A stretch of DNA of 64,000 bases from Spirochaetia bacterium (GTDB lineage Bacteria; Spirochaetota; Spirochaetia; SZUA-6; Bin103). Position numbers and translations under genes: made by a program. The stretch's first letter is position 1. The number at the start of each line of letters is the position of its first letter. Location: contig CBDBDQ010000005.1 of the NCBI GenBank assembly GCA_965203905.1, positions 1,504,001 through 1,568,000 of the forward strand, in the 5' to 3' direction. The notes beneath the pieces are model-generated. The model did no database searches and was not told where the DNA came from. It worked only from the letters and a program-made list of their open reading frames with translations. Shown here in pieces: positions 31,752 through 42,238 of the stretch.

Positions 31752-33173
31752 CTACCGGGGATCGGCGCGCTTGCGCCAGCGGTAGTGGCGCGGATCGAAT
31801 CGATAATCGCGCTTTTCCGGCACGGCAGCCGCGTCGGTCACCGGCAACAGGCTGGCGAGATCGGCGCTGGTCGCGGCGAACTCCGGCCGGCCCGCGAGGT
31901 TGGCCTCCTCGTGCGGATCGGCGTCGCGGTCGTAGAGCTCCGCGCCGCCGTCGTGGTAGCGGATGTAGCGCCAGCGGGCGGTGCGCACGGCATGGTTGCC
32001 GGGGCGGAACGTGGAAACGGCGCCTTCCCGCCACATGCGATCCGGATCCTGCAGCAGCGGCACCAGGTCATCGCCGTCGAGGCGCTCATCCTCCCCCAGC
32101 GGTAGCCGGCACAGGGTCACCAGGGTCGGGTACACGTCCTGCAGCGACACCGGACGCCCGACGCGCTGCCCGCGCCGCCCCACGCCGGGTGCGGCGACGA
32201 CGAACGGAACGTGGGTGGCGCGCTCCCACAGGGTGGACTTGTGCCAGTGGCGCTTTTCTCCGAGGTGAAACCCGTTGTCGGAGTAGAACACGATGACCGT
32301 TCGCGGCGCGCGGCCGCTGGCGTCGAGGGCGTCGAGAATGCGCCCGATCTGGGCGTCGGCGAAGGAGATGGTCGCCAGGTAGGCCTGCACCGCGGCGGCC
32401 CACTGGTCATGTTCCAGCACCTTCTCGAAGCAGTTGCGGCGCGCCGCAGCCAGCTCGGCGCCGACCGCCGGCAGGCGTTCCAGGTCGCTGTCCATCAGCG
32501 CGGGCAGCCGCACGCGGTCGAGCGGGTACTGGTCGAAGTAGCGCCGCGGTGCGTAGCACGGCAGGTGTGGGCGGAACAGGCCGCAGGCCAGGAACAGGGG
32601 CCGGTCGTGCGGCCGGCGCAGCTCCGCGATCGCCCAGTCCGCGGCCTGCGCGTCGCCGTAGTCGGCCTCGGCGCGGTCGAGCACGCCCCAATCGAACTCG
32701 TGCTCGTAGGGCACGATGCCGTTCAGCGGATGCCGCGGCGGAGCCGGCGCCGCGGGCACGTTGTGGTGCAGCGCGCCGCGGTCCCAGGGATCGTCGAACA
32801 CCTGGTCGAAGTAGGCGTCCCACTGGTCGGGCGGGTTGAAGCCGTCGGTGTGGTGGAAGATCTTGCCGGCGCCCGCCACCCGGTAACCGGCCTCCCGGAA
32901 GCGCATGGGGAGGGTTACCAGGTCGGGATGCGCGGGGCGCCACCAGTGCTGGTTGTCGTAGACGCCGGAGCGGTGCGGCGCCAGCCCGGTGAGGATGGCG
33001 GTACGCGAAGGGTTGCACACGGGCGACGGACAGTGGGCGTTGCTGAACAGCGTGCCGCGCGCCGCCAGCCGATCGATGTTTGGCGTGTGAACGCCCGGGT
33101 AGCCGTCCAGGCAGCCCACCCAGTCGTTCATGTCGTCCACGCACAGCAGCAGGACATCCGGCCGTTGCTTCAT
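31752..33173 (-). CDS. Sulfatase (iduronate/choline sulfatase-like)
   Basis: VDDMND, VCNPSRTAILTG, GKIFH, RPHLP, SDNGFHLGEK. Confidence 0.92.
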   Translation of the reverse strand: MKQRPDVLLLCVDDMNDWVGCLDGYPGVHTPNIDRLAARGTLFSNAHCPSPVCNPSRTAILTGLAPHRSGVYDNQHWWRPAHPDLVTLPMRFREAGYRVAGAGKIFHHTDGFNPPDQWDAYFDQVFDDPWDRGALHHNVPAAPAPPRHPLNGIVPYEHEFDWGVLDRAEADYGDAQAADWAIAELRRPHDRPLFLACGLFRPHLPCYAPRRYFDQYPLDRVRLPALMDSDLERLPAVGAELAAARRNCFEKVLEHDQWAAAVQAYLATISFADAQIGRILDALDASGRAPRTVIVFYSDNGFHLGEKRHWHKSTLWERATHVPFVVAAPGVGRRGQRVGRPVSLQDVYPTLVTLCRLPLGEDERLDGDDLVPLLQDPDRMWREGAVSTFRPGNHAVRTARWRYIRYHDGGAELYDRDADPHEEANLAGRPEFAATSADLASLLPVTDAAAVPEKRDYRFDPRHYRWRKRADPR

Positions 33174-33202
33174 CGTCTGGTCCACGCCATTATGGCGCAT
33201 CG

Positions 33203-34252
33203 ATGGAAGCATGGCTGGCCGGTGTGGTTCAGCAACTACCCCTCGTGGCCCTGTTCGCGGTGATCGCGGGGGCGATCCTGGTCCTGGTGAAGGGCGCGGA
33301 CCTGCTGGTCGACCAGGCGGTTGCGCTGTCGCTGCGCTGGGGGGTGCCGACGATGCTGATCGGGGCCACCATCGTCAGCATCGGCACCACGCTGCCGGAG
33401 GCGTCGGTGAGCGTGTTCGCCGCCCTGCAGGGGGCGCCGGGCCTGGCGCTCGGCAATGCGGTCGGCTCGATCATCGCCGATACCGGGCTGATCCTCGGTC
33501 TCGCCATCATCATCGGGAGGGTACCGGTCGAGAAGCGGCTGGTCAGCCGGCAGAGCTGGATCCAGGTGGCGAGCGCGGTGCTGCTGGTGGCGGTGTGCGT
33601 GCCCTACCTGGCGCTGCGCGGCATGTTCAGCGACGGAGGCAGGTTGCCGCAGTTGGTGGGGGTCGCCTTCCTGGTGCTGCTCGCACTCTACCTGTGGCGC
33701 TCCATCGCCTGGTCCAAGGATGCCCCCGCCCCGGACGGGGAGGAGGAGGTTCACGCCGACGCCGATGCGGGCACGCTGCTCACCCTGCTGAAGTTGGTGG
33801 CGGGACTGGCGATGGTGGTGATCGGATCGCGCCTGCTGATCCCCGCCGTCGAGGAGACCGCCCACCGGCTGCAGATTCCCGATGCGATCATCGCCGCCAC
33901 GCTGGTGGCGTTCGGCACCTCGCTCCCGGAGCTGGTCACCTCGGTGACGGCGGTGCGCAAGGGACACGGGGCGCTGGCGATCGGCAACGTACTGGGCGCC
34001 GACGTGCTGAACGTGCTGTTCGTGAGCGGCGCGGCGGCCGCCGTGACCCGTGGCGGCCTCGAGGTTCCGCCGCAGTTCTTCTTCCTGTTTTTCCCCTCGA
34101 TGCTGTTCGTGGTGCTGGTGCTGCGGGTCGGCGTGAGCCGTGCGGAGGGCCAGTTCAGCAAGGGGTTCGGCTTCGTGTTGCTGGTCGCCTACCTGATCAC
34201 CGTGGTGCTCGGCTACGTGGTGCCGGACGCTCCCGGCGACCCGCACGGCTGA
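33203..34252 (+). CDS. Calcium/sodium antiporter (YrbG-like)
   Basis: Two alpha repeats GTTLPE and GTSLPE, GNAVGS and GNVLGA; multiple TMs. Confidence 0.9.
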   Translation: MEAWLAGVVQQLPLVALFAVIAGAILVLVKGADLLVDQAVALSLRWGVPTMLIGATIVSIGTTLPEASVSVFAALQGAPGLALGNAVGSIIADTGLILGLAIIIGRVPVEKRLVSRQSWIQVASAVLLVAVCVPYLALRGMFSDGGRLPQLVGVAFLVLLALYLWRSIAWSKDAPAPDGEEEVHADADAGTLLTLLKLVAGLAMVVIGSRLLIPAVEETAHRLQIPDAIIAATLVAFGTSLPELVTSVTAVRKGHGALAIGNVLGADVLNVLFVSGAAAAVTRGGLEVPPQFFFLFFPSMLFVVLVLRVGVSRAEGQFSKGFGFVLLVAYLITVVLGYVVPDAPGDPHG

Positions 34253-34273
34253 GCGAGCGACCGCCGGCCGGCG

Positions 34274-34777
34274 GTGGTGATGCTGATTGCCCTGGGCGGT
34301 CTTCCCGGCGTAGGAAAGTCGGCCCTCGCCAGGTCGCTGGCCCGGCGCATCGGGGCGGTGCATCTGCGAATCGACACGATCGAGCAGGCGCTGCGGAACG
34401 CGGGCCTCAATGTGTTCGGGCCGGAGGGGTATCTCGTAGCTCGCGATCTTGCCGAGGACAATCTGCGCCTCGGCCACACGGTCATCGTCGACTCGGTCAA
34501 TCCAGTGGGGGCGACTCGCGACTACTGGCGTGAGACCGCGGCGCGACTGGCGGTGGAACTGGTGGAGATCGAGGTGGTGTGCAGCGACAAGCACCAGCAT
34601 CGCAGGCGCGTCGAGTCGCGCAGCACCGACATCCCCGGTCTCGTACTCCCGACCTGGCAGCAGGTCCTGGATCGACACTACGAACCGTGGACGACGGCGC
34701 ATGTCGTCGACACCGCGGGGCGCACGTTGCAAGACACCCTGTCGCAGGTCGAGGCGATCGTGGCGCGAACAAAGTAG
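34274..34777 (+). CDS. P-loop kinase (AAA_33 family)
   Basis: GGLPGVGKS, LRIDTIEQA, HRRRVE. Confidence 0.85.
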   Translation: MVMLIALGGLPGVGKSALARSLARRIGAVHLRIDTIEQALRNAGLNVFGPEGYLVARDLAEDNLRLGHTVIVDSVNPVGATRDYWRETAARLAVELVEIEVVCSDKHQHRRRVESRSTDIPGLVLPTWQQVLDRHYEPWTTAHVVDTAGRTLQDTLSQVEAIVARTK

Positions 34778-35146
34778 CGGCCGGCGGCACGAAGAGCTGC
34801 ACGTCACGCGCGCCATCCCGGCCAACAAGCACCAACAAGCGCACGGTCTTGCTTCAGTCGCGACCGGCGCGCTACCGTAACCGGCGAAGTACTCCCCACC
34901 GGCCCGTGTGCCCCAGTGCAGCGTGACGATCTGAACGCCTCCGCCGTTGTGGACGATCATGCGCAGACGCCCAGGCGGGGCACCAACGCCGTATCCCGAA
35001 TTCAGTAGTTGTCCCTACCGAGTTGCGCCCGCGCTACACCTATAGCGGGCGACGTGTCCGCAATGGATTGGAGGTGAACCATAACATCGAAGAGAGCCCA
35101 AGCTCCGAGTGAGTGGCCAAGCGTTCTCAGAACGATTCCCCGGGCG

Positions 35147-36946
35147 GTGCTGCTGTTCTTCCGGGCAGCACCGGGCCTGTCGTCGTTGCAGGGTGCCCTG
35201 ACCTTGATCCGCGCCGTGCTGCCGCTGGTTGTCCTGGGCGTCGCGAAGCTGTTCGTGGACGTGGCGACGGAACTCATCACCGGAACACCCGTCGTGCTGC
35301 CGCTGGTGGGTGTGCCGGCCGATCCGGTGCGCGCGCTGTACCTGCTGGGCGCCTTGCTGCTGGCCGTCTGGCTGCTGGACAAGGCGGCGTGGGGCGTCGA
35401 GGAGGTGGTGCGGACGTACTCCACGAACCGGGTCGAGGGCTACGTTCATGCGCTCATCATGCGCAAGTGCAGCACACTCGATGCTGCGTTCTACGAGAAT
35501 CCGAAGTATCTCGACATGCTCGAGCGGGCCGTGCGGGGCGCCCTGATGAACTCGCTGAGCTTCATGTGGGGGTTCTACTTCCTGTTGAGCGCGGCGACGG
35601 CGCTGGTTGCCACCCTGGCGATCCTGTCGACCATACACTGGGCGATCCCCGTGGCGATGGTCGTCTCGGCGTTGCCGCAACTGATCGCGACCAGCCACTT
35701 CTCCAGACGGGGTTGGGCCCTGGAGAACAGCCTGGCGCCCCACTACCGGCTGCTGAAGTATCTCACCGGACTGATGAGCGAGCGGCAGGCCGCGAACGAG
35801 GTGCGGCTGTTCGGGCTGTCCGCCTATTTCGTTCCCAGGTTCCGGGAAGTAAACGCGCAACGGCTGCGGCGCGAGCGGTCCTTTACGCGTACGAGCACGC
35901 TGTGGCGCGCAACCCTGGGCTTCATCGCGGACGCGGCGGTAGCCGGGGTGTGGGTGTTCATAGCGCTGCGGGCGCTGGCGCGGGCCATTTCCGTAGGAGA
36001 CGTGGTCCTCGGTACGCAGGCAGCGTGGCGCTGCAAGCAAGCGCTGGAGGCTACGTTCAACTATGGTGGGCAGTTCTTCGAGCAGAGTCTGACGCTGGTC
36101 AACCTGTTCGCCTTTCTGGACCTCGATCCGGCGAGCGTGCCGGGAGCGCTGCGACGCGTCGCACGAAGCGCGGGCCGGCCCTTGCCGGCGACCATCGACC
36201 GCGTCGAGTTCAGGCACGTGAGCTTCGCGTACCCGGCGGCAGAGCGGAACGTGTTGCACGATGTCAGCTTCACCATGGTGCGCGGCCAGACGGTTGCAGT
36301 AGTCGGCCGCAACGGCTCCGGCAAGACCACCATCGTCAAGCTTCTCACGCGCCTGTACGATCCGACTCGGGGGCTGATCCTCATCAACGGCAACGACATC
36401 CGGGAGTTCGATCGCGCCGAATTGCAACAGCGATTCGCGGTGGTATTCCAGGACTGTGTGCGGTATGCGCTGACCGCGCGCGAGAACGTCGGATTCGGCG
36501 ACCTCCGGCACGTCGACGACCTGTGGCGGATCGCCGATGCCGCCGCCGCCGCGGGCGTGGCCCAGGATCTGGCGACCCTTCCCGACGGCTACGAAACATT
36601 CCTCGGCGGACAGTTCGGCATCGGGCGCGACATGTCAGGCGGGCAATGGCAGAAGATCGGGCTGGCACGGGGATTCATGCGGCGCGGTTCACTGTTCGTT
36701 CTCGACGAGCCGACGGCGCACCTGGACGCCCTCGCGGAACGGGAAGTGTTTCGTTCGTTCTTGGCGCGCACGGCGGGAATGACCTCCCTGCTGATCTCCC
36801 ACCGCTTCTCCAATGTGCGTCTTGCCGACCGCATCGTGGTACTGGAGACCGGGCGCGTCGTCCAGGAAGGAACCCACGCCGAGCTGGTCGGGGCCGACGG
36901 ACTCTACTCGCGAATGTTCGAGGCGCAGGCGGGCGGCTATCGCTAG
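35147..36946 (+). CDS. ABC exporter, fused TM and ATPase domains (true start possibly ATA at 35081)
   Basis: GRNGSGKT, VFQD, MSGGQWQK, LDEPT, ISHR. Confidence 0.92.
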   Translation: MLLFFRAAPGLSSLQGALTLIRAVLPLVVLGVAKLFVDVATELITGTPVVLPLVGVPADPVRALYLLGALLLAVWLLDKAAWGVEEVVRTYSTNRVEGYVHALIMRKCSTLDAAFYENPKYLDMLERAVRGALMNSLSFMWGFYFLLSAATALVATLAILSTIHWAIPVAMVVSALPQLIATSHFSRRGWALENSLAPHYRLLKYLTGLMSERQAANEVRLFGLSAYFVPRFREVNAQRLRRERSFTRTSTLWRATLGFIADAAVAGVWVFIALRALARAISVGDVVLGTQAAWRCKQALEATFNYGGQFFEQSLTLVNLFAFLDLDPASVPGALRRVARSAGRPLPATIDRVEFRHVSFAYPAAERNVLHDVSFTMVRGQTVAVVGRNGSGKTTIVKLLTRLYDPTRGLILINGNDIREFDRAELQQRFAVVFQDCVRYALTARENVGFGDLRHVDDLWRIADAAAAAGVAQDLATLPDGYETFLGGQFGIGRDMSGGQWQKIGLARGFMRRGSLFVLDEPTAHLDALAEREVFRSFLARTAGMTSLLISHRFSNVRLADRIVVLETGRVVQEGTHAELVGADGLYSRMFEAQAGGYR

Positions 36947-36954
36947 CGAGAGGG

Positions 36955-36977
36955 GCCGCTCTTCGGAGCGGCTGTTG
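36955..36977 (+). terminator. Hairpin after ABC gene (possible terminator)
   Basis: gccgctc-TTCG-gagcggc followed only by a weak T tract. Confidence 0.4.
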
Positions 36978-37086
36978 CATTGCAGAGTTGACCCAACAGC
37001 AGGATCCGTGGAGGCCATTCTGAGGTCGCTCGCCTCTCGACAGCCACCGGGCAGGTGACGTAAATTGCACCTACCGAACCACAGTG

Positions 37087-38628
37087 ATGACCTCAGTCGA
37101 ACAGCTTCATCCGCTTGAAGTACGTACCCTGCGCGCGGTCGCCGAGGAGGCGCCGTTCACCGCGGCCGACCTGATGGCCGCTGCGGAGATGAACCTGGGC
37201 CAGTGCAACCAGGCGTTCAGCTGGCTGCTGGACAAGGGGCTGATCGCAGAGCGCGAGCGGGTGCAGGAGACGCGCTACGAGCTGACCGAGCTGGGCGAGC
37301 AGTACCGGCGCGACGGGATGCCGGAGGAGCGCATCGTGGGCCTGCTGCGCGACGCGGGGCCGTTGCCGATGCCGGAGATCGCCTCCCGGCTGGAGCTGCA
37401 GCAGCGCGACGTGGGCTCCGCGTACGGTTCCCTGGCGCGCGAGGGCGTGCTGGCGATGGACGGTGGCAAGCAGGTGAGCGTGGGCGGGGGCGAGAGCGAG
37501 CGGGTGGCCACGGTGCGCGGGCTGCTGGAGCGGCTGGCCGGCGGCGGCACCCTGGCGGCGGAGGCGTTGAGCGCTGCCGAGCGGGCGCAGGCGGCGGCGC
37601 TGAGCCGCAAGCGGGGCGCCGCGCGCGGCGTGTTCCGCGCCACCGAGACCGAGACGGTCAGCTACGTTCTTACCACCGCGGGACACGAGGCGCGGGACGC
37701 GGCCGCAGCCGCCGGTCTCAGCGGTGTGGAGGTGGGGGCGCTGACCCCCGACATGCTGGCCGACGGGTCCTGGCGCGAGGTGCAGTTCCGCCGCTACAAC
37801 GTCAACTCGCCGCCGGGGCGGGTGCTGTTGGGCCGGCGCAACCCCTACACCGCCTACCTGGACCGGGTGCGCGACCAGCTCACGGCCCTCGGCTTCGAGG
37901 AGTTCGACGGGCCGCTGGTAGAGACCAACTTCTGGTGCCTGGATGCCCTGTTCATGCCGCAGTTCCACGCCGCCCGCGAGGAGCACGACGTCTACTTCAT
38001 CAAGCAGCCGCGCCACGCCAGCCACCTGCCGGAGCCCTACCTGGAGCGCGTCGCGGCCACCCACGCCGACGGCTGGCAGACCGGCAGCCGCGGCTGGGGC
38101 TACCGCTTCGACCCCGACTTCGCGCGCCGCACCATCCTGCGCAGCCACGGCACCGTGGTATCGGCCAGGACGCTGACCCGCGCCAAGGTGCCGGGCAAGT
38201 ACTTCGGCATCATGCGCTGCTTCCGGCCCGACGACGTGGACGCCTCGCACCTGGCCGACTTCTACCAGACCGAGGGCATCGTGCTCGGCGAGCACGTCAA
38301 CCTGAAGACCCTGCTCGGGCTGCTGAAGCTGTTCGCGGAGGAGGTGGCGGGGGCGGCGAGCGCCGACGTGCGCTACGAACCCGCCTACTTCCCGTTCACC
38401 GAACCGTCGGTGGAGGTGTTCATCCGCCATCCCACGGTGGGCTGGATCGAGCTCGGCGGATCGGGGATCTTCCGCCCCGAGGTGACCCGCCCGCTCGGGG
38501 TCGACGTGCCGGTGCTGGCCTGGGGCCTGGGAATCGACCGCATGGCGATGATGTCGTTGGGCATCGACGACATCCGCGACCTGTTCTCGCCCGACCTGGA
38601 CCAGGTGCGGCGCCGCGTGGCGCACTGA
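37087..38628 (+). CDS. pheS: Phenylalanyl-tRNA synthetase alpha (long archaeal-type)
   Basis: N-terminal wHTH region, DALFMPQFHAAR, YFPFTEPS, GSGIFRPE, AWGLGIDR. Confidence 0.95.
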   Translation: MTSVEQLHPLEVRTLRAVAEEAPFTAADLMAAAEMNLGQCNQAFSWLLDKGLIAERERVQETRYELTELGEQYRRDGMPEERIVGLLRDAGPLPMPEIASRLELQQRDVGSAYGSLAREGVLAMDGGKQVSVGGGESERVATVRGLLERLAGGGTLAAEALSAAERAQAAALSRKRGAARGVFRATETETVSYVLTTAGHEARDAAAAAGLSGVEVGALTPDMLADGSWREVQFRRYNVNSPPGRVLLGRRNPYTAYLDRVRDQLTALGFEEFDGPLVETNFWCLDALFMPQFHAAREEHDVYFIKQPRHASHLPEPYLERVAATHADGWQTGSRGWGYRFDPDFARRTILRSHGTVVSARTLTRAKVPGKYFGIMRCFRPDDVDASHLADFYQTEGIVLGEHVNLKTLLGLLKLFAEEVAGAASADVRYEPAYFPFTEPSVEVFIRHPTVGWIELGGSGIFRPEVTRPLGVDVPVLAWGLGIDRMAMMSLGIDDIRDLFSPDLDQVRRRVAH

Positions 38629-38649
38629 GCGGGGCGAGCGAGAGGACCG

Positions 38650-40389
38650 ATGCCCACGATTGACGTACGTGACGAGCTGCTTGCCGACCTGCTGGGGGAG
38701 ATTCCCGCACCTGACGAGCTGGAACGGCTGGTGTCCACCGCCAAGGCGGAGGTGGAAGACTACGATGCCGCCACCGGCGTGCGCCGGGTGGAGCTCAAGG
38801 ACACCAGCCGTCCCGACCTGTGGTCCACCCCCGGGCTGGCGCGCCACCTGCGCTGCTACCGCGGCGACGGGCTGCCCGACTACCCGTTCGCGGCCCCTGG
38901 CGCGGCTCCGGTCGACACCGGCGAGCGGGTGGTGGAAGTGGACCCTGCATTGGAGCGGATCCGGCCCTGCATCGCCGCCTTCGTGGCAGTCGGGCCAGCG
39001 GTCAGCGAGGCGCTGCTGCTGGAATTGATCCAGTCGCAGGAGAAGCTGTCCGACAGCTACGGCCAGCGCCGCCGCGCCATCGCCATGGGCCTGTACCGCG
39101 CCGACGCCATCGAGTGGCCGGTGCGCTACCGCGCCGCGCCGCCGGACACCCGCTTCGTGCCGCTCGGCTTCGAGCACGAGCTGTCGCTGACCGAAATTCT
39201 CGACCAGCACCCCAAGGGCAAGGAATACGGCCACATCGTGCGCGGGCAGCCGGCGTTCCCCTACCTGGAGGATGCCGCCGGCGCCACGCTGTCGTTCCCG
39301 CCGGTGATCAACAGCGCCGGCCTGGGCAGCGTGGAGGTGGGCGACGACCACTTCTTCGTGGAGCTCACCGGCCCGCACCTGGAGACGCTGCTGCTGACGG
39401 CGTCGATCGCGGCGTGCGACCTGGCCGATGCCGGCTACGCCATTCACCCCGTGCTGATCCGCTACCCCTACGACACCGCCCACGGCCGCGACGTGGTGAC
39501 TCCGCGCTACTTCCAGGCCGAGACCACCGTCGAGCTGGCCAGCGCCGAACGCCTGCTGGGCGAGCCGATCGCTCCCGAGGAGGGACGCCGGCTGGTGCAG
39601 CGCATGGGCAGCCGCGCCCGCGTCGAGGGGGCATCCCTGGTGGTGACCCCGCCGCCCTACCGCAATGACTTCCTGCACGCCGTCGACGTGGTGGAGGAGA
39701 TCGCCATCGGCCGTGGACTGGACAGCTTCGAGCCGGAGCTTCCGGACGAGTTCACCCCCGGTCACCTGGGCGCGGCGACCCGGTTCAGCCGCTCCGCCCG
39801 CGACGTGCTGGTGGGCCTGGGCTACCAGGAGATGATCTTCAACTACCTGGGTGCCCACCGCGACTACACCGAGCGCATGAACGCCCCGGACCGGGTGCTG
39901 GTCGAGGTGGCCAATCCGATGACCGAGAACTACGCCGTGGTGCGCGACTCGATCATGCCCTGCCTGCTGGCCGCCGAGATGAGCTCCCAGAACGCCGCCT
40001 ACCCGCACCGTATGTTCGAGGTAGGCAAGGTAGCGCTCCCCGACGCCTCCAACCCTACCGGCTCGCGCACCGTGGACGCCTGCACCCTGCTGCTGGCAGA
40101 CCGCGGCGCCGGCTTCAACGACGCCAGCGCCCACCTCGCCGCGCTGCTGTTCTACCTCGGCGCCGAGCACCGCCTGGTCGAGCTGGACGACCCCCGCTTC
40201 ATCCCCGGCCGCGCCGCGCAGGTGAAGGCGGCCGTGGCGGCCGACGGGGAGCGCACCTGGACCGCCATCGGCGTCGTCGGCGAGCTACACCCCGCCGTAC
40301 TGGAGCAGTGGTCGATCGGCATGCCCTGCGCCACCGCCGAGCTCGACCTCGACGCCCTCCGCAGCACGCTGCAGAACGCCGGCGCCTGA
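38650..40389 (+). CDS. pheT: Phenylalanyl-tRNA synthetase beta (short archaeal-type)
   Basis: RPDLWS, SQEKL, SFPPVINS, PPYRNDFLH, FEVG. Confidence 0.95.
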   Translation: MPTIDVRDELLADLLGEIPAPDELERLVSTAKAEVEDYDAATGVRRVELKDTSRPDLWSTPGLARHLRCYRGDGLPDYPFAAPGAAPVDTGERVVEVDPALERIRPCIAAFVAVGPAVSEALLLELIQSQEKLSDSYGQRRRAIAMGLYRADAIEWPVRYRAAPPDTRFVPLGFEHELSLTEILDQHPKGKEYGHIVRGQPAFPYLEDAAGATLSFPPVINSAGLGSVEVGDDHFFVELTGPHLETLLLTASIAACDLADAGYAIHPVLIRYPYDTAHGRDVVTPRYFQAETTVELASAERLLGEPIAPEEGRRLVQRMGSRARVEGASLVVTPPPYRNDFLHAVDVVEEIAIGRGLDSFEPELPDEFTPGHLGAATRFSRSARDVLVGLGYQEMIFNYLGAHRDYTERMNAPDRVLVEVANPMTENYAVVRDSIMPCLLAAEMSSQNAAYPHRMFEVGKVALPDASNPTGSRTVDACTLLLADRGAGFNDASAHLAALLFYLGAEHRLVELDDPRFIPGRAAQVKAAVAADGERTWTAIGVVGELHPAVLEQWSIGMPCATAELDLDALRSTLQNAGA

Positions 40390-40445
40390 CAAAGCGACAA
40401 AGGCTCGCTGCGACATGCCATTGTGGTGGTATATCCCATGCTATG

Positions 40446-40688
40446 ATGGCCAGTTATCGAGGTGTCGCAAAAGTGTTCTGGAGTGGCAGAAATCAGGCGG
40501 TCCGGCTGCCGGCGGCGTGCCGGTTCGAGACCTCCGAGGTCGAGGTGATCAAGCAGGGAGACCAAGCCAGCCTGCGTCCGCGTGGGAAGAACTGGCGCGC
40601 CTACTTCGACCGCGAGACGCGAGGTTCACTGCCGGCGAGGCAGCAGCCACCGCTTGAAGAGCGGGACCAGCTCCGTGGAGGAGTCTGA
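40446..40688 (+). CDS. VapB/AbrB-type antitoxin (no cognate vapC adjacent)
   Basis: AKVFWSGRNQAVRLPAACRF...EVEVIKQGD...LRP is the VapB/VagC signature. Confidence 0.85.
   Translation: MASYRGVAKVFWSGRNQAVRLPAACRFETSEVEVIKQGDQASLRPRGKNWRAYFDRETRGSLPARQQPPLEERDQLRGGV
40502..40669 (+). repeat. Direct repeat copy 1 (vapB body)
   Basis: Aligns to 42175-42341 with about 28 differences over 168 nt (hand count). Confidence 0.9.
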
Positions 40689-40708
40689 CAACCCGCAAGG
40701 GAGGCGTA

Positions 40709-42238
40709 ATGCTGACCCGCATAGAAGTAGATGGCTTCAAGAATCTGGTTGATTTCACGCTGGATTTTGGGCCCTACAACTGCATCGCGGGCGTGAACGG
40801 GGTAGGCAAGTCGAACATCTTCGACGCGATTCGCTTTCTGTCGTTGTTGACCGACCACACGATCAATCAAGCCGCTCTGCAAATTCGGAGTCCAGAGCAG
40901 GACACCGGCGAAGTCGGCGATCTGTTCTTTTCCGCGAGTGGCGAGACCAGGAAACGCATCATCATGGCGGTCGAGATGATCGTCGACAGTGACGTGGTTG
41001 ATGATTTCGGCCGGCCAGGAGTCGCTTCATCTACCTTTCTTCGTTATGAAGTTGCCTTTCGCCACGAGCCTCCGTCGCGCTCCGCTGGTCCGCTCGGCGG
41101 CCTGGTCCTGGAACGCGAGGAGTTGCGTCACATTCCATCGGGGGAGGCCGCCGAGCGCCTGAGATTCTCACACAACAAGCGTCAGTTTCGAAACAGCGTA
41201 ATCTACAACAAACGGCGCGGGTCTGGATTTATCTCTACGCGGCATGACAAGACCATCGTCATTCACCAGGATGGCGGTTCGTCCGGACGGGCGCGTCCAG
41301 CAGCGCCCGCGGAGCGCGCGCCACGCACCATCGTTGGGACCGAGAATACCGCGGCGACCCCCACAATCCTGTCCGCACGGCGAGAGATGCAGCGCTGGCG
41401 TATCCTGGCGCTGGAGCCGTCGGCGATGCGGCGGCCAGACAGGTTCACCGACGAACCCGGAATCACCACCGACGGAGGACACATACCGGTTACGCTGCAT
41501 CATCTGGATACGCAGAGTCCGTGCTCCGATGCTGCCAATGGTCCTGACGATGACATCATGAGCAGGATTGCGAGCAGGCTGTCGAGTCTTGTCCCGGTGC
41601 AGGCAGTGCGCGCGGTGCGCGACGATATACGGCAGCTCTACACGCTGGAGCTGGAAGAGCACACCGGTGTGCGGTTGCGCGCCAATGCGATTTCCGACGG
41701 CACGCTGAGGTTCCTGGCGCTGACGGCGATCGCCGAGGCCACGGACGCCACCGGCGTCTATTGCATGGAAGAACCGGAGAATGGCATCCACCCTGAAAAA
41801 CTTGGGGCCATGAACCAGTTACTGCACGACATCGCCGTCGACCTCGATGAGCGCGTCGATTCCGACAACCCGCTGCGGCAGGTGATCGTCGCGACCCACT
41901 CGCCCTATTTCGTGCAGCTCCAGAGTCCGGAGGAGTTGGTGATCGCCAAGAACCCCGCCGTGAGAGCATCCGCCAGCGAAGCGATCTGGCCGCTGAGGTG
42001 CTACCCGCTTGCCGGTACGTGGCGGGTTCCGAAGCAGCAAGCGGAGAAGCCTGCGGTGATCGGGTTGGGCAAGTTGGAGCTGCAGTCCTATCTGCTGCCG
42101 CCGGACGATGCCCAACTCAGATTCCCGGACGAATTCTGGCCGGAACAGCATCAGGAAAACGATGACAGTGCGAACCGGCTGCTGGCGGCGCGCCGGTTCG
42201 AGACCTCCGAGGTCGACGTGATCAAGGAGGGAGACTAG
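40709..42238 (+). CDS. ABC-type AAA_21/AAA_15 ATPase
   Basis: GFKNL, GVNGVGKSN, ISDGTLR signature, MEEPENGIHP, VATHSP. Confidence 0.9.
   Translation: MLTRIEVDGFKNLVDFTLDFGPYNCIAGVNGVGKSNIFDAIRFLSLLTDHTINQAALQIRSPEQDTGEVGDLFFSASGETRKRIIMAVEMIVDSDVVDDFGRPGVASSTFLRYEVAFRHEPPSRSAGPLGGLVLEREELRHIPSGEAAERLRFSHNKRQFRNSVIYNKRRGSGFISTRHDKTIVIHQDGGSSGRARPAAPAERAPRTIVGTENTAATPTILSARREMQRWRILALEPSAMRRPDRFTDEPGITTDGGHIPVTLHHLDTQSPCSDAANGPDDDIMSRIASRLSSLVPVQAVRAVRDDIRQLYTLELEEHTGVRLRANAISDGTLRFLALTAIAEATDATGVYCMEEPENGIHPEKLGAMNQLLHDIAVDLDERVDSDNPLRQVIVATHSPYFVQLQSPEELVIAKNPAVRASASEAIWPLRCYPLAGTWRVPKQQAEKPAVIGLGKLELQSYLLPPDDAQLRFPDEFWPEQHQENDDSANRLLAARRFETSEVDVIKEGD

Noticed and set aside
34778-35060. Possible RiPP precursor or small gene upstream of the ABC exporter
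   Set aside because: No ORF with a credible RBS or precursor motif, and no modifying enzymes nearby.
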